Of a DNA stretch of 64,000 bases, positions 41,857-55,968 are shown in pieces. The notes beneath the pieces were generated by a model that saw only the letters and a program-made list of their open reading frames with translations, was not told where the DNA came from and ran no database searches. Origin of the DNA: Eledone cirrhosa (Eukaryota); contig OZ024742.1 of NCBI GenBank assembly GCA_964016885.1, positions 87,854,001 through 87,918,000 on the forward strand, given 5' to 3'. The position numbers and the translations under genes are program-made. Each line of letters starts with the position of its first letter. The stretch's first letter is position 1.

Positions 41857-42275
41857 GGGCGTGCGGTATTTTGCACTGAATTAATTAAAAGTTGATTAGA
41901 AACAGAGTCAATGCGGACAGGCACCCAGACAGACAGATATTATAAGCGTGCGACGTTGTAGCTATGTATCTAATGCAGACAGCCATACATACGGAGACAT
42001 ATTATAAGGATGCGACGTTATAGCTATGTATCTTTCTAAAAAGACAGACTAAGAAAGAGAAAGGAATGTCGTATAACCGGAAGAGTTGACATTTGAAAAT
42101 TTTAAATAAGTGAATATTTAAATAAACGATAAAATATATTTAATCTTTTAACGAAATTTAGAAGACACAAGCATCCCCCCCTTTCTTACTTGGAAAAAGC
42201 TACATCAATGGTGCAAATTTGGTGCTGTTTGGCGAAAGGTTTGTTACATACATAGAGGCCGTCAGCTTCATAATA
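41857..42275. repeat. Unclassified interspersed repeat (possibly Helitron-derived), related copy at 63634-63990
   Basis: ttagaaac...tcaatg..gacaggca...acagaca.atatt.taagcg.gc.acgtt.tagct.tgtatct shared; internal duplication 41930-42030; class is a guess. Confidence 0.55.
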
Positions 42276-42291
42276 TATATATATATATATA

Positions 42292-43200
42292 TAATATAAA
42301 ATCTAAAGATGGTTAAAAGAGTTCCATGTATCTTATTATGCGCATTTCAAAAACAAATATCATCATGTGATGATATTTGCGTTCTCATCAGATAAAATAG
42401 GGAGACATGATATGAAGCTTAAAAAACACTTGCGAGCAGTGAAGTGTTAAATCAAAATATGAAAAATAAAATAAGATGGATATATGAGATTTAAGAAAAA
42501 AAGAAGGAAGGGGTAAGGAAAAGGTGAGGAAGAAACAAAATAATAATAAAAAATATATAATAAGGAAAGGGTGCCGGAGGAGGAGTATAAGAAGGAAGGA
42601 TGAGAGATGAGCGATAACCCTTAATACTGAGAAGAGAAACACTGTCTCACAGAGAGAAATTTAAAAAACCGTTGTAAGATAATACATAATTAAAAAAAAT
42701 TTTGAAATTAAAACTTAATCAGATTTATGAATGGTGATGTTTATGATTAAAGAAAAAGGAATTATGAATAGTATTTATTTAAGGTTTATATATTGAAGGG
42801 TTTAAAAATTCGTGCGAAAAGGAATTTATTAAAATGTATTATTAAAATAAAAACATATTAAGGAGAGAAGGTGAATGAAGAAAAGGTTAAATGAATTATG
42901 AACTTAGAAGAATTAGTTAGGATCCAAGTTTGTTTTTGTGTATTTTAATAGGAAAAAGTTAATAATATGTTTAATACGAGCACATACGGAGAGAAGAAAG
43001 AACAAAATTCAAGGAAGAAAAAATATAAGGAAGAAAAAATATATATATATATATATATATGTAGGAGTTGAGTTTTATTGTAGCACAATAAAGCAATGCA
43101 AATATCGGATATTTTGATTTAAAACTTCACTATTCGTAAGTGTTTTTTTAAGCTTCATATCATGTATCCCTATATTTTAACCATCTTTTGATCTTTTATT
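42292..43200 (-). mobile_element. PLE 3' UTR fragments of the 3417-5900 family (42292-43030 minus; tail 43061-43111 minus; 43112-43200 plus)
   Basis: Reverse complement matches 5340-5890, including ttatcttacaacggttt and the ribozyme. Confidence 0.85.
42329..42399 (-). ncRNA. Type I hammerhead ribozyme
   Basis: Reverse complement tattttat CTGATGA gaacgcaaatatcatca-ca-tgatgatatttgttttt GAAA tgcgca TA ataagata. Confidence 0.88.
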
Positions 43201-43209
43201 ATATATATA

Positions 43210-43277
<68 letters not shown>

Positions 43278-43906
43278 AGCATGTTGAGTACCGAACGATA
43301 GCATCGCGAATAGATTTCATGTTTTAGAGCCCATTAAAATACAGGATGTAAATATTAAGAAACTTTTATGAAGGCTTCGATTCCCCAAAAAGTCCGCACA
43401 TTCTTATCTGACTATGCTGTGGGTAGTTAGGCGAATCTCTGGAGTAAAGCACTCCTCAATTAACCACTATATAGAATAACCAAATTTTCTAAATTATTGA
43501 TGTATTTATCCTCACGACCGTCAACAGCACACAAATGAAAGTCTCTGTCTACTGCATTATTGACTCTTGGAGATCATATAGATTGGACAGAGGAAAGACA
43601 TACGTTTACCGACTGTAAAGAGCATCAGAGTCCCTCCCGGAAATATTTGCATATTCAAAAAGAAGATAATAGGAGCAAGTGTGGGAAACGCTTTCTTTCT
43701 TCAACAGGGACGAACTCATTTCCCTTTCGATCATAAATTCGAATTTAATTCTCTGTACAATACTGCTGTGGTGAACTTTTCATTATACAGGAGAAACACC
43801 AGATTTATAAGAGGCATCACTTATTCATAATAACGTATACTTAAGCACTAATTCAATATTGAGTATTCATATTTATGTCCCTCAACAGACTTAATATATG
43901 TATACG

Positions 43907-43951
<45 letters not shown>

Positions 43952-43991
43952 ATATATATATATATATATATGTGTGTGTATATATATATAT

Positions 43992-44215
43992 AACAAAGAA
44001 AATGTGGTAAGGAACCAGATGGACCATAACGCACCAAAGTACTCAATACTTAGGGTAGTAGACTGGGTAATAGGAACGAGTAGGACCCGGATGGCTGAGC
44101 TCAAGCCGTCTCGACGGCTAATTCTGGATTTAAAAAAAAATGTTTTTTGGGGTTTTTTTTTAGTCCATAAATAGCCGTCGAAACGGCTTAAGCTCAGTCG
44201 TCGGGGTCCTACTGG

Positions 44216-44220
<5 letters not shown>
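43992..44220 (-). mobile_element. Mini fold-back plus tail, same family as 37605-37810
   Basis: Palindrome at about 44080-44212; tail 43992-44075; (TA)n on both sides. Confidence 0.82.
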
Positions 44221-44252
<32 letters not shown>

Positions 44253-44340
44253 CTTGACCACTGTCACGTCACAATTCTTAGCCATTTTTTAATCTATTTG
44301 TGGCGGGGACGACTTTGGAAAATTACCTGTCCTATGAGTC

Positions 44341-44420
44341 TGTCTCCTGATGAGTTCGAAACTCGAGATTTTATCCTTAATAGGATATATCAAAAGACGA
44401 ACGAAGCCCCAGGGTAAGGG
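44341..44420 (+). ncRNA. Degenerate hammerhead with long stem II
   Basis: CTGATGA gttcg...(tatcct-taat-aggata)...cgaac GAAG ccccaggg TA aggg; GAAA>GAAG and weak stem I. Confidence 0.5.
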
Positions 44421-44515
44421 TGTACGCATTTCTTCTAACTTTAAATTCATACCTAATTGTATATGGTTGATGGTATATTTAGTCGATTTCTACATGGTTT
44501 TGAAATGTTGAGTAA

Positions 44516-45548
<1,033 letters not shown>

Positions 45549-45550
45549 TA

Positions 45551-45711
45551 CTGATGAACGAGTGCGGACGTTTATTGTATCCGTCTTATTCGGGAAACCT
45601 CTGGTAATGAGGTCATTATATTATATTGTTTATTATACATTAAATATATAGCTCTGTAACTTACATAGAGCACTATTCATTCCTCTGACATTTTCAACGG
45701 AAAGTTCAACA

Positions 45712-45793
<82 letters not shown>

Positions 45794-45996
45794 TGTTGAA
45801 CTTTCCGTTGAAAATGTCAGAGGAATGAATAGTGCTCTATGTAAGTTACAGAGCTATATATTTAATGTATAATAAACAATATAATATAATGACCTCATTA
45901 CCAGAGGTTTCCCGAATAAGACGGATACAATAAACGTCCGCACTCGTTCGTCAGACAAGGCAATTTAAACATAGTGCGATATTTGATGTCCTCAAG
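45551..45996. mobile_element. Tail-to-tail palindrome of a hammerhead-bearing PLE-like terminus centred on (CT)n(GA)n
   Basis: Arms 45551-45714 and 45792-45954; related to 33758-33960. Confidence 0.88.
45893..45960 (-). ncRNA. Type I hammerhead ribozyme (mirror copy at 45551-45612 lacks the 5' strand of stem I)
   Basis: Reverse complement ccttgt CTGACGA a cgagt.cgga..tccg..attcg g GAAA cctctgg TA atgagg. Confidence 0.8.
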
Positions 45997-46310
45997 TAAG
46001 GCTAAAAATGTTTAACGGGTAAAAAAATAAATAAAAGTAATAATACAAGAAACGTATAAACAAAAAAAAAAAGAAATTTACTAAGGGGGTGTGTGTAAAT
46101 GTATGTATATGCACACACATATATACATAAGTATATGTGTGTGTATGTACAACTGCATGTGTATAGTGAAAAAATGTGTGCGTAAATACATACATGAGGA
46201 CAAACATATTAGTGTATGTGTGACCACAAATACATATATATATATATATATTGAAAATAGAAATTGTAAGATAATGAACTTAGCGTACATACAGACTCAG
46301 GGGCTAAGGG

Positions 46311-46354
<44 letters not shown>

Positions 46355-46734
46355 CAAGGATAAAAGGACGCACGCATATAAACATGCACACACGCAACCA
46401 CAAACATGTGATATATACAGGCAAGGAATGTATAAAGTCAACGGAGTGTCAGACGGAAGGTCGATACAAATCTAAAATAAGATGAATAAATGAAATAATA
46501 TATAAGATAAGAATAAACAATTAAGGCAAAGGGAGAGTAAGTGGGAGGGGTTGTAATATATAATGCAACAATAGAAAAAATAAATAAAAGTAGAAAACAT
46601 GTATACACGCGAGCAAGCTTATACACACATACATATATATAAATATATATACATACAGACATAAACACGTGCACAAAAGCATACATACACGCATACATAC
46701 ATACATACATACATACATACACACATATCTATCT

Positions 46735-47856
46735 AGGACGGGTACAATTCCAGAGATCCATGGACGAGTACTCTCCAGCGGTCTCTATCCCTCATTATCG
46801 CTGCCATGTCTTGCGTCTCCAACACACCAGTGTCTGTCCTTAATATGGAGATACGTCAATCTTGGTCTTCCTCTTCCAGATTGTCCATGTAGGGGCTCCC
46901 ACAGGAGCACTCAGTTCAATGCCAACTCTGGATGTCGGTGAGCATGTCCAGTTAACCTCAGTTTACTCGTGTTACTTTTGAGCTGACTTTTGGGAGGCTC
47001 GCATACAGCTCTGAGATTTTCTTCCTCAGCGTATACTGATTAATGTTCAGAGCCATTCTCAGCATTCTCGTGTAGCATATTAGAGGGAGCTAGAGCAAAG
47101 TGCCTTGTTGCGGTCATGGTTTTCATTGACTTTAGGAATTCTGTGGAGCGTCACTGCCTTATGAATATCTTACAGGCTTATGGAATCCACAAGAAGATAG
47201 TCGACCTGATATCACTGCTCTACACGAACACCAAAGCCCAACTCATTACACCTGATGGCATGACAGGGTTCTTTGAGATAGTGGCTGGAGTGCTCCAGGA
47301 AGATATATTGGCTCCCTATCTTGTTATCATCGTAGTGGGCTATTGAATGCGCCTTGCACTGGAGAAACACTGGGACTCTGGCTTTACTAGCACCGGCTCA
47401 GAGCAGGAGAGTTAAGGCGAAAAAGATATCAGATGCTGAATTTGCCGACGACATAGTTTTGGTGACAAATACAGTGAGGAGGCAGCGGATTGATGCAGGT
47501 GTTTGAGACTGTGTCGATGAGTGTGGGGATGAGAATGAATAAAACTAAAACAAAATATCTGGTAGAGAATGTTGAGATGCCAGAGGGGATCACTAATGTA
47601 GGCGGGAAGCCGCTAGAATTGGTTGAGCACTTCCTGTATTTGGGAGCAAAGATTGGGAATACGGTAGATGATGTGGTTGAAAGGAAGAGCAAATCCTGGG
47701 CGGCGTGCCACAGTTTGAGATCGATGTGGTAATCCGACCTTTGTAAAGACCTGAAAATCCGACTCTTCATTGCTGGACGCTGTGCTGCTGTACGGGTCTG
47801 AGACTTGGAAACTGACCAAGAAACTCACTCAGATGGTGGATGGGTGCTACACGAGA
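46735..47856 (-). mobile_element. RTE-clade LINE fragment with 5' inversion (3' part 46735-47076 on minus; inverted RT part 47077-47856 on plus)
   Basis: FIDF, GVLQEDILAP, FADD, MNKTKTKY, FLYLG, LLYGSETW, GCYTR on plus; continuation YTRMLRMALNI..GHAHRH..LWEP..GRGRP on minus. Confidence 0.88.
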
Positions 47857-48059
47857 TTACACACAAACACACACACACACACACATATAATTATATATAT
47901 ATTTACTTACAGTACATGCACATCTATTCACGCGTACGGACGCGACCACATATAAATATATATATAATTATATATATATATGTGAAAACACATGTACATA
48001 AACTCACACACACCCACACATGCACACATACACCCACACATACGAATGCGTTCGTATAT

Positions 48060-48656
48060 ATATGGTGGCTGCTAACTCGTTTTCGAGTACGGCCACTACT
48101 TTATATCCATGTAGGAGAACTTCTACCGATGCGCTGAACGAGTGTGACTTTTTAGTCCAGCCAGCCACTTGAAAATTCTGGTACAAACACTACACTTGTG
48201 ACAATTATTGACACATAGTGCTGGGCCCATGGTACCATGTGACGACAAGTGCAGAGAGATCTCCAGATATAAAGCAATGCCTGTGCTGTGAAGCTTTTAT
48301 AGTGAGCAAAGGCACTACACCAAGCCAGTCCCACTCTCTTAACCAAGATGATATTTACCAAAAAGAAGAACAAGTCAACATCATTGGATACCATCAGAGT
48401 TGCAGGTGTTATATCAGAGTTTTCCTTCTCCTAGAATTCTGCCTTGACAAAGGCTAAGGGGTCATCTCTCCCGGTGATTTTTGGATGGCCATTGACTCTT
48501 AAGAGCTCCTTTGCCCTTTGACAGGTTTTGTTTTTAGTCCTGCAGGATGTCCAAAGTCACCCTCCTTACCAAGAAACCTTGGTGGGGTTGCCAGTTTAGT
48601 CGCCAACGACCCGAGCATGGGACAGGTTGTACTGTAATACATGTTACCAGTAGCAT
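48060..48656 (-). mobile_element. RTE-type 5' UTR-derived non-autonomous element
   Basis: Minus strand has ggcgactaaactggcaacccc, aaaacctgtcaaaggg and tctaggagaaggaaaactctga, motifs I recall from RTE 5' UTRs. Confidence 0.6.
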
Positions 48657-49263
48657 ATACATATATGTATACATATATGCATACATACATATACACACAT
48701 ACGTACATATACACATACAATACGTATACATACACATATATAGATATATAAAGAACAACCGTATGAATAAATGGATACAAAATATACACACATAAAATCT
48801 GCATACATAAAAACGGCTGAGACAACGGAAAATATCTGGAGTTAAAAACACAAGTGACATGTGATGTCTGGTACTAAGAGAAAAAAGGGGAAGTAAAGTA
48901 AATATAAATAATGTATAAAAGTTAAGATATAAAGTTAATAAATCACATATAAGGGAGGGGGTTCCATAGTGGAAGTAAAGTAAAAATAAAAGATAAGCAA
49001 AACTGATTGAGAAGTCAATAAAGAAGGTAATGTTATGAAAGTGACGAACAAGGGTTTATATATATACATACTACTGTACGTCGGTATACATATATGTATG
49101 TACGTGTACATACTTATATTTAAGTAACAGCCGTACTAAGAGTTGGAAATGAAATATCGTTTCATTTTTTCCGTTTATCGTTTTCGGTGCACCCGGCCGA
49201 TTAACCCACTCGATATGCAAATTGGACTACTCAGCCGTTAATATGCATAAGGTAAGTATATAC

Positions 49264-49350
49264 GTTCAACAATCTGGCAGGAAGGTATACGTTGCTGACG
49301 ATAGCTAACAAGCTTGAAACTAGCACAGCGTTCCTTTGTCAGTGTTGAAC
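49264..49350 (+). ncRNA. Type I hammerhead with extended stem I, cleavage site UH>CA
   Basis: acgttg CTGACGA t-agct-aaca-agct-t GAAA ctag CA cagcgt; outer stems gttcaaca/tgttgaac and tggcagga/tcctttgtca. Confidence 0.68.
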
Positions 49351-49565
49351 AAACGAGCAACGGTGGTTGCTAGACACTACGGCTTAATACGGGATGTTTG
49401 TTTACAAACACACCGAGCATTATAATAAATGTTCGGTGAATCCATACGTGCATATATATATGTGTGCATGTATGTATATATTTATATACATACTACTGTA
49501 CGTCTGTATACATATATGTATGTACGTGTACGTACTTATATATATATATATATATATATATATAC

Positions 49566-49625
<60 letters not shown>

Positions 49626-49649
49626 GAATATATATCACTTAAATATATA

Positions 49650-51984
49650 TCACTTAAAGACATACCTATACCCGGGAAATCTGAATACACAAAACTTTTG
49701 ATAGAAAAAACGGACTCTTTCCTGCGGAGGCTTAGATTGATCGCTCATTTCCATGACCAGCGCTTAAAAATAAATGATTATAGAAAATAACCTCGATTCA
49801 TTATTTAACTCCAGAAGAAATCCTGTCTGTAATAAAAATTTAGCACATTTTGAAAACGAATTAACTAAAATTATACGAGGACTTAAATTCCAACGAAACT
49901 CTTATCGAGGCCAGGGGCACCTTATCAACCTTAAGAATACAATGAATGACCTTAAATCTTCTAAAAACGTATTAGTTCATTCTGACAAAAAAATGATTTA
50001 TATGGCATAAAGAAGGATAAATATAATAACCTTATCTTTAAAGAAATAAGAAAAAATTATCGTAAAACTACGCACGATAATCTGGATTCTATCAATAGAG
50101 AAGCATATGGGATAATAACCAACCCCTGAATTGAGAAAAAAACAGAACACTTCCTTCCAAGAACTCCGAGGATTAGTCTGAAGGATCGTAAAAGAAATTT
50201 TCGAACGGACTTGCCTGTAAGACTAATGCCCCTTCTAAATCTGACCTAGGGGTTGTTAGTAAATCCATCTTGAATAGAATTATCCCACAGGTTAGGTATA
50301 AATATCAACTAAATTTATGGTTGGGTTCATCTGAAGTAATAGACTGGTTCAATGACCTAAAAAATAAAAACAGACTGAAATGTATTCAATTAGACATTGG
50401 TAGCTATTACACGTCTAGTTCTCCGTCACTCCTAAATAAGACTCTCTCATATGCTTTAAAATATACGGACATTACTAGTGAAGAAATAAACATCATTCTC
50501 ACCGCTAGGAAAATCATCTTGGAATTTAAGAACTAATATTGGACAAGAGCGAATCCTTCCAACAATTTCTATATCCCCATGGGTTCTTCGGTTTCAGCTC
50601 AACTAACCGACTTAGTTGGACATTCCTTCTTGAGTTGTTTAAACTGGAAAATGCCCCAACTTTGCGGTGGAATTTATCATGATGATGCTCTCTTTACTGT
50701 CTCTAATTGTAACACTGTAAACTTTAATATACTGAAGAAAAAAATATTTGATCTGTTTAAGCATATGAACATAAAAATTGAATTCGAGAAAATGATAAAC
50801 TAGGAAATTTCCTTGATATATCTCTTATTCTAGATACCGGCCTATATTACCTATATCATAAGGATAATGATAACTTCAATTACGTTAACTTTAAATCTAA
50901 CCTTCCAAATTAGCTTGAAACTGCTATTGTAAAAAATAATTTCTAATTTATCCTCTCATAAAGATATCTTCGTAGTTAATGCAAACTATTATAATAATGC
51001 ACTATCTAGTGCTGGATATCTAGACAAAATTAGGTATACTAAAGAACTTAATCTTGGCAGCGGTTATAATAACTCTACTAATGTAGCTAGTAATAATCAT
51101 ACTGCTAACAGAAGGAGGAGACCTGGACATGAAATTACCCTTTGGTACAACGCTCCATTCTCTCTTTCCGTTATTAATAATATCCCTAAATTATTTTTAG
51201 GGCATTACATAACAGCTTTCCTCCTTCACATATCTATAGCAAGATATTCAATAGGCATACTATTAAATTCTCGTATTCTACTACTTCGAACATTTCAAAA
51301 ATTATCCCAAAACATAATTCTAAAATATTAAATAATAACTCATATGCATCCAACCGTGAGAGTCATAATATATCAGTATAATGTCCGACGTCACTGTAAA
51401 CTCTAGGCAAAATAACGCAAGTATAAGTACGGCGTCAAACGTAACTTTGAGGAATGCATCAAATAGTAATGTAAATCTAGAAACTCTAGCACCTCCTTTA
51501 GTTAATTCCACCATACCTGATCTTAATATAATTTATCCGGGACCAATAACTCCCTAAATAATCGTAATCGTAAATGCAACTGCCTTATTAGATGTAATTT
51601 CTGTCTCGATAAAAACCTAGTATACGAATGTAAAGTGGTAACTAGTACCAATTCCTATACCTACATTGGCTCTACTTCTACCTCCTTTAAATCAAGATTC
51701 TATAATCATTCTTCTACATTTAAATCTCCATTAAAAAGGACCAGCACCGCACTCTCATGACTTATTTGGTCCTTAAAAGTCAAAAATATAAATTACGAAA
51801 TTTATTGGCGTAAAATCTACAACGCATCTCCATATTCCAATGCTTCCATATCTAGTGTTTGTAATTTATGTCTAGTTGAAAAATTTACCATTATCTCGAA
51901 TTTCAACACAATAATAAATCGAAGAACCGGAATTTGGACTTTGTAATCATAAATCCTACGAGACATTTCACAAAGTATATAGCT
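49650..51984 (+). pseudogene. PLE RT and GIY-YIG ORF with many stops and frameshifts
   Basis: ORF pieces 49464-49790, 49774-50010, 50270-50536, 50579-50803 and manual translation downstream. Confidence 0.88.
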
Positions 51985-52543
51985 GATGTCTTATAACGTA
52001 TTCCACGACTCATTGTTATCTTTACACATCTTTCATTATATTCTACAATGTATTATTTTGGTTTTCTCATTACATATTAAGCCTTTGATCTTCATTGCTA
52101 TAACCTTAGATTTTTCGCTCAAACCTTCGTAGATTTTGTAAACAAATGATGACGTCATATTATAATTAGATTTTCTCTACATTTATTCTACGTTTATAAA
52201 TCATACCACCAATTTCCTTTATTTACTTGTTGATATGAAATAAAAATTAAATGTATATATGTTTACTAGAATCTGTTAATGTTGACATAGATATACTATT
52301 TTTATTTTATTTTATGAAAAATATTTTTATATTTATTTTATTAATACAGTTTTACACTTCTTAATCCAATTATTAGTATTTAAACGCAATATAAAATAAT
52401 ATACCCAGTTTCTACATTTAGACCTCTAATATTTGATTACCTTCTATAATATTCGCACATACACCTCATCAATTTATTTGTTAAGCCTTATTTACAGCTG
52501 TTTTCATTTTGACAGCGTTCCTGATCAAATTTCTCTCTCTCTT

Positions 52544-52646
52544 TTCTTCTTCTTCTTCTTCTTCTTCTTCTTCTTCTTCTTCTTCTTCTTCTTCTTCTTC
52601 TTCTTCTTCTTCTTCTTCTTCTTCTTCTTCTTCTTCTTCTTCTTCT
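52544..52646. repeat. (TTC)n microsatellite within the PLE 3' UTR
   Basis: Read directly. Confidence 0.98.
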
Positions 52647-52801
52647 TTTTTCTCTTTCTTTTTCCTTTTTTCTCTTCTTTCCTTTTCTTCTATTTTCATA
52701 TCTATTTCTTACTATAGTATTAACACATATATTTCTGTCATATGTAGACTTACCACTTTCCTATAAACAAGTGCTATTATGCCTCATATCATTGTACCTT
52801 A

Positions 52802-52869
52802 TGTTTTATCTGAAGAGAACACAATATGTCCCAGGATGATTTTGTATTCGAAATACGTATAATAAAATA
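52802..52869 (+). ncRNA. Type I hammerhead ribozyme
   Basis: tgttttat CTGAAGA gaacacaa..ttgtattc GAAA tacgta TA ataaaata. Confidence 0.85.
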
Positions 52870-53352
52870 TATGGAACTCTAGAAATGCTGGTCCCGTGAC
52901 ATCATCGTATGTGTGGGAAGTTTCGGCGTACTAACACACAGTCAGTGTGTCTAATTAGATACACACACATATATATATATATATATACATTAATTGAGCG
53001 TATTAGAATGTGTGTCTCTACGATCATGTTTGCTTATACTTGGCTCCTCTTATATTCATATTATTGTGTATGAAGTTTGTACAATACTGAATAAGAACAC
53101 TTACATAAAGCAAATATTCGTCGACAGTTAGAAATATGGTTTGGAACTCATGTGTTTAATTTTTCCTTTTTCAAATTCTTATGATGTACTATCAAATTTC
53201 TTTCTATTCTGAATATTTTTATATATACCGCTACATATTTAAAGAACTGCATTGCAACTGACGATGTGATCTGATTTACAGATAAGTCCTTGTGTACATG
53301 TCTATTCATCTTACGAAGAGAAAACTACATTGTTGAATTATATTTTCATTCT

Positions 53353-53386
<34 letters not shown>

Positions 53387-55794
53387 GTATGTGTTTGTGT
53401 GTGTGTGTCTATGGGAATTATGTCTATTGTCTTATTTACATGTTGCAAGTGTTTAAGTTGTTTGTGGTACTGTTAAATAAATAATTTTATTTTGCTTCAT
53501 ACTTTTCAAGTTGATAAATATAACTATATACGAATATGTTCAGAACGTTCTCTGTGAATCTTATACCTCCCTCAAACTCCATTATTATGTCTATTATAAC
53601 TAATCTTAGTATCTGTTTAAAATTACATAAATATAGCCACATTTTATCACGAATGTAGTAAGGAAACCATCTTCTGATTTTATAGGAACCCCATTACGCA
53701 AGACGTTTGGAAATGATAGTGGTACATTGTTTCTTTCAATATCATTCCTATTTTGCTAGTCATTTTCAATCTTCCGTTTTTCCTACTTAAATAGATATAT
53801 CGGCAACTGAACAATGCTATAGCTAGGAGAAACAAATGAAATGATGGCAAGCAATTTATCCTTTAATATATGTTCGTAAACCAACTCCACGTGCAGCGTT
53901 TTAGCGGCATATTTTCGTTTTCTTTCTAAGGACATCGTATATATCAATGCAATTTAGAACTTTCTGATTCCCTCATGTTCAGAATTTTAAGAGATAAATG
54001 AGGCAAACGAGTTGAAGCTCTGAAGAACCTATTAACTCATTGCAGCAAACGTCAGGGATTTACACACAGGGCAACATTTATAATTTCGAATGAAATAAAA
54101 CGAACAGTTAGTAAATATATACATATTAAAATTAATATATATACATATAAAATATATATTAATAAACAATTCACGATGCACTTAATGTATTTATATATAT
54201 ATATATACTAGCAATATACACAGCGAAAGGAAATTAGTTCAAACAAAATAGATTAAAATTAGTTATTGTTTTTCTAATGAGTTTGCAAATATAAACACGG
54301 TTATCTACTTTGCTATTCCTGATCGGTTCCAGTAATGAGTGGATTTTAAAATATTCATGTTCAAAGTTACATGTGTCACGGTCTCACCTATTTTCTTACA
54401 GATACCCTTATCTCTTACTATAGAATTTACGTAAATAGTCTAACGCATATATTTCAATACTTGTAAACGCGTCTCGGTATTTCAAATGTATTGTAGACCA
54501 GAATGTATGTGTTTTCTTATTAAGGGCCACCATTTATTTACAGACCCGAAATTGTTTCGCTGAAGCAACGGCAGCACTTCAACAGGTTTGGTACACTCGA
54601 GAATGAAGCAGCTTGCAAGTTCACCCAGTTCGATATCGTAATCATTTATATTCATATACTGGAGCACTTTTTATTGGAAGATATCCGAAGGCATACATTT
54701 GGGCTCAACGTCCTGTATATCAGAATAAATGTAAACGATAAGAATCGCCTTCTGTTCAACTATAGCTTCTTCTAAATAAACAGTGAAGGTATTTGCTGTT
54801 CAACACGACAATGGGGTTCTACGACGTGGCTGACTATGCTGATGTTCCCGACTTTTTCATTATCGATACCCTAAAGAACATACACTTGGATAAGCTTTGT
54901 AAAGATACAATGACCTGATAATTTAAATCAATGAACGGAGATATATTGCGGTTATTTGTTCAGAAAAGAACTTATGAGGACCTTCAAACACTCAGCTTTA
55001 ACATCATGGTTATCACTAACTTAATCAATTTAATTTTCGAGACATCACACTGGTATAAAATTGGGAAGCCATATTCAAGTATGTGACCGTAACAAAGACC
55101 AATATATATACATAGGATCACATAAAAGCATATGTTTGTATTTGCGAACTTAATAAAAGGGATTAGCAAAAATATATCGAGCCCATCTTCCAACAGATAT
55201 ATTATTGTCAGGGCTACACGCAATTACATCGAATCACTAGCAGTGAATGGTAACATAAATCACTAGCATACATTGAGAACAAGGAACTGATGACAGTCAT
55301 CGTAAGATAGAGAACATCAAACTGGTTCAAACTACTAATCAGTGTAGATGGCTTCAGGAATATAGCAAAGAGATTCAAGAAAGCAATAGAATAAACTTCC
55401 AACACAACTACAAATACCATAAACACTTCGACTCACCCGAAGCTAAGATTCCCTATATCCCGTTTAGTTAACATTGTGTTTTCTGATAGTTTACAATAAC
55501 AGAAAAACATTAAATGCCAACCACACACTAACGAAAACCTGCCAAACATTTTCTCGGTGTTTTAATCTTCTAATCGTCAAAAGTATTCTCGAACGTTGAA
55601 ATTGACTCTATGGAACACCTGCTGTCGAACTCAAGCTATCCAGAACGTATGAATACGAATATTCTGTTTAATATACCTGAATATGTGTGGATGATTGTTT
55701 CAAATAGTGAAATTCAGAAAATGGTTAGACAATTAAATCAAATGCTACCTGAAAGACAGTATACATCAATGTTATTACATAAATGTTTCTACTT

Positions 55795-55968
55795 TTGGCA
55801 CAAGTCCAGCAATTACCTAGTGCATTACTGGTAGTTTATTTTATCGACCCCGTAAGGATGAAAGGCAAAGTTGACCTCGGCAGGATTTGAACTCAGATTG
55901 GAAAGGGCCGTAACTCTATGTATCATAGAATGGCGTCCGACCCTCTACCGATACTTCTAATTCACCGT
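55795..55968 (-). mobile_element. tRNA-derived SINE (family of 6345-6520)
   Basis: ttttatcgaccccgtaaggatgaaaggcaaagttgacctcggcaggatttgaactca; B box gagttcaaatcc on minus. Confidence 0.88.

Larger units (their letters stand above)
49637..52880 (+). mobile_element. Near full-length, heavily decayed Hydra-clade-like PLE
   Basis: [19 protein letters not shown]-terminus, SDK, SLKD.K.NF, KSDLGVVSK, VIDWF, QLDIGSYY, PMGS, GGIYHDD, WYNAPF, YIG, CNLCLVEK; HHR at 52802. Confidence 0.9.

Noticed and set aside
49650-51984. Selenocysteine read-through of in-frame stops, as in some Naiad PLEs
   Set aside because: Stops are mixed TAA/TAG/TGA with frameshifts and the endonuclease is C-terminal; ordinary decay explains it
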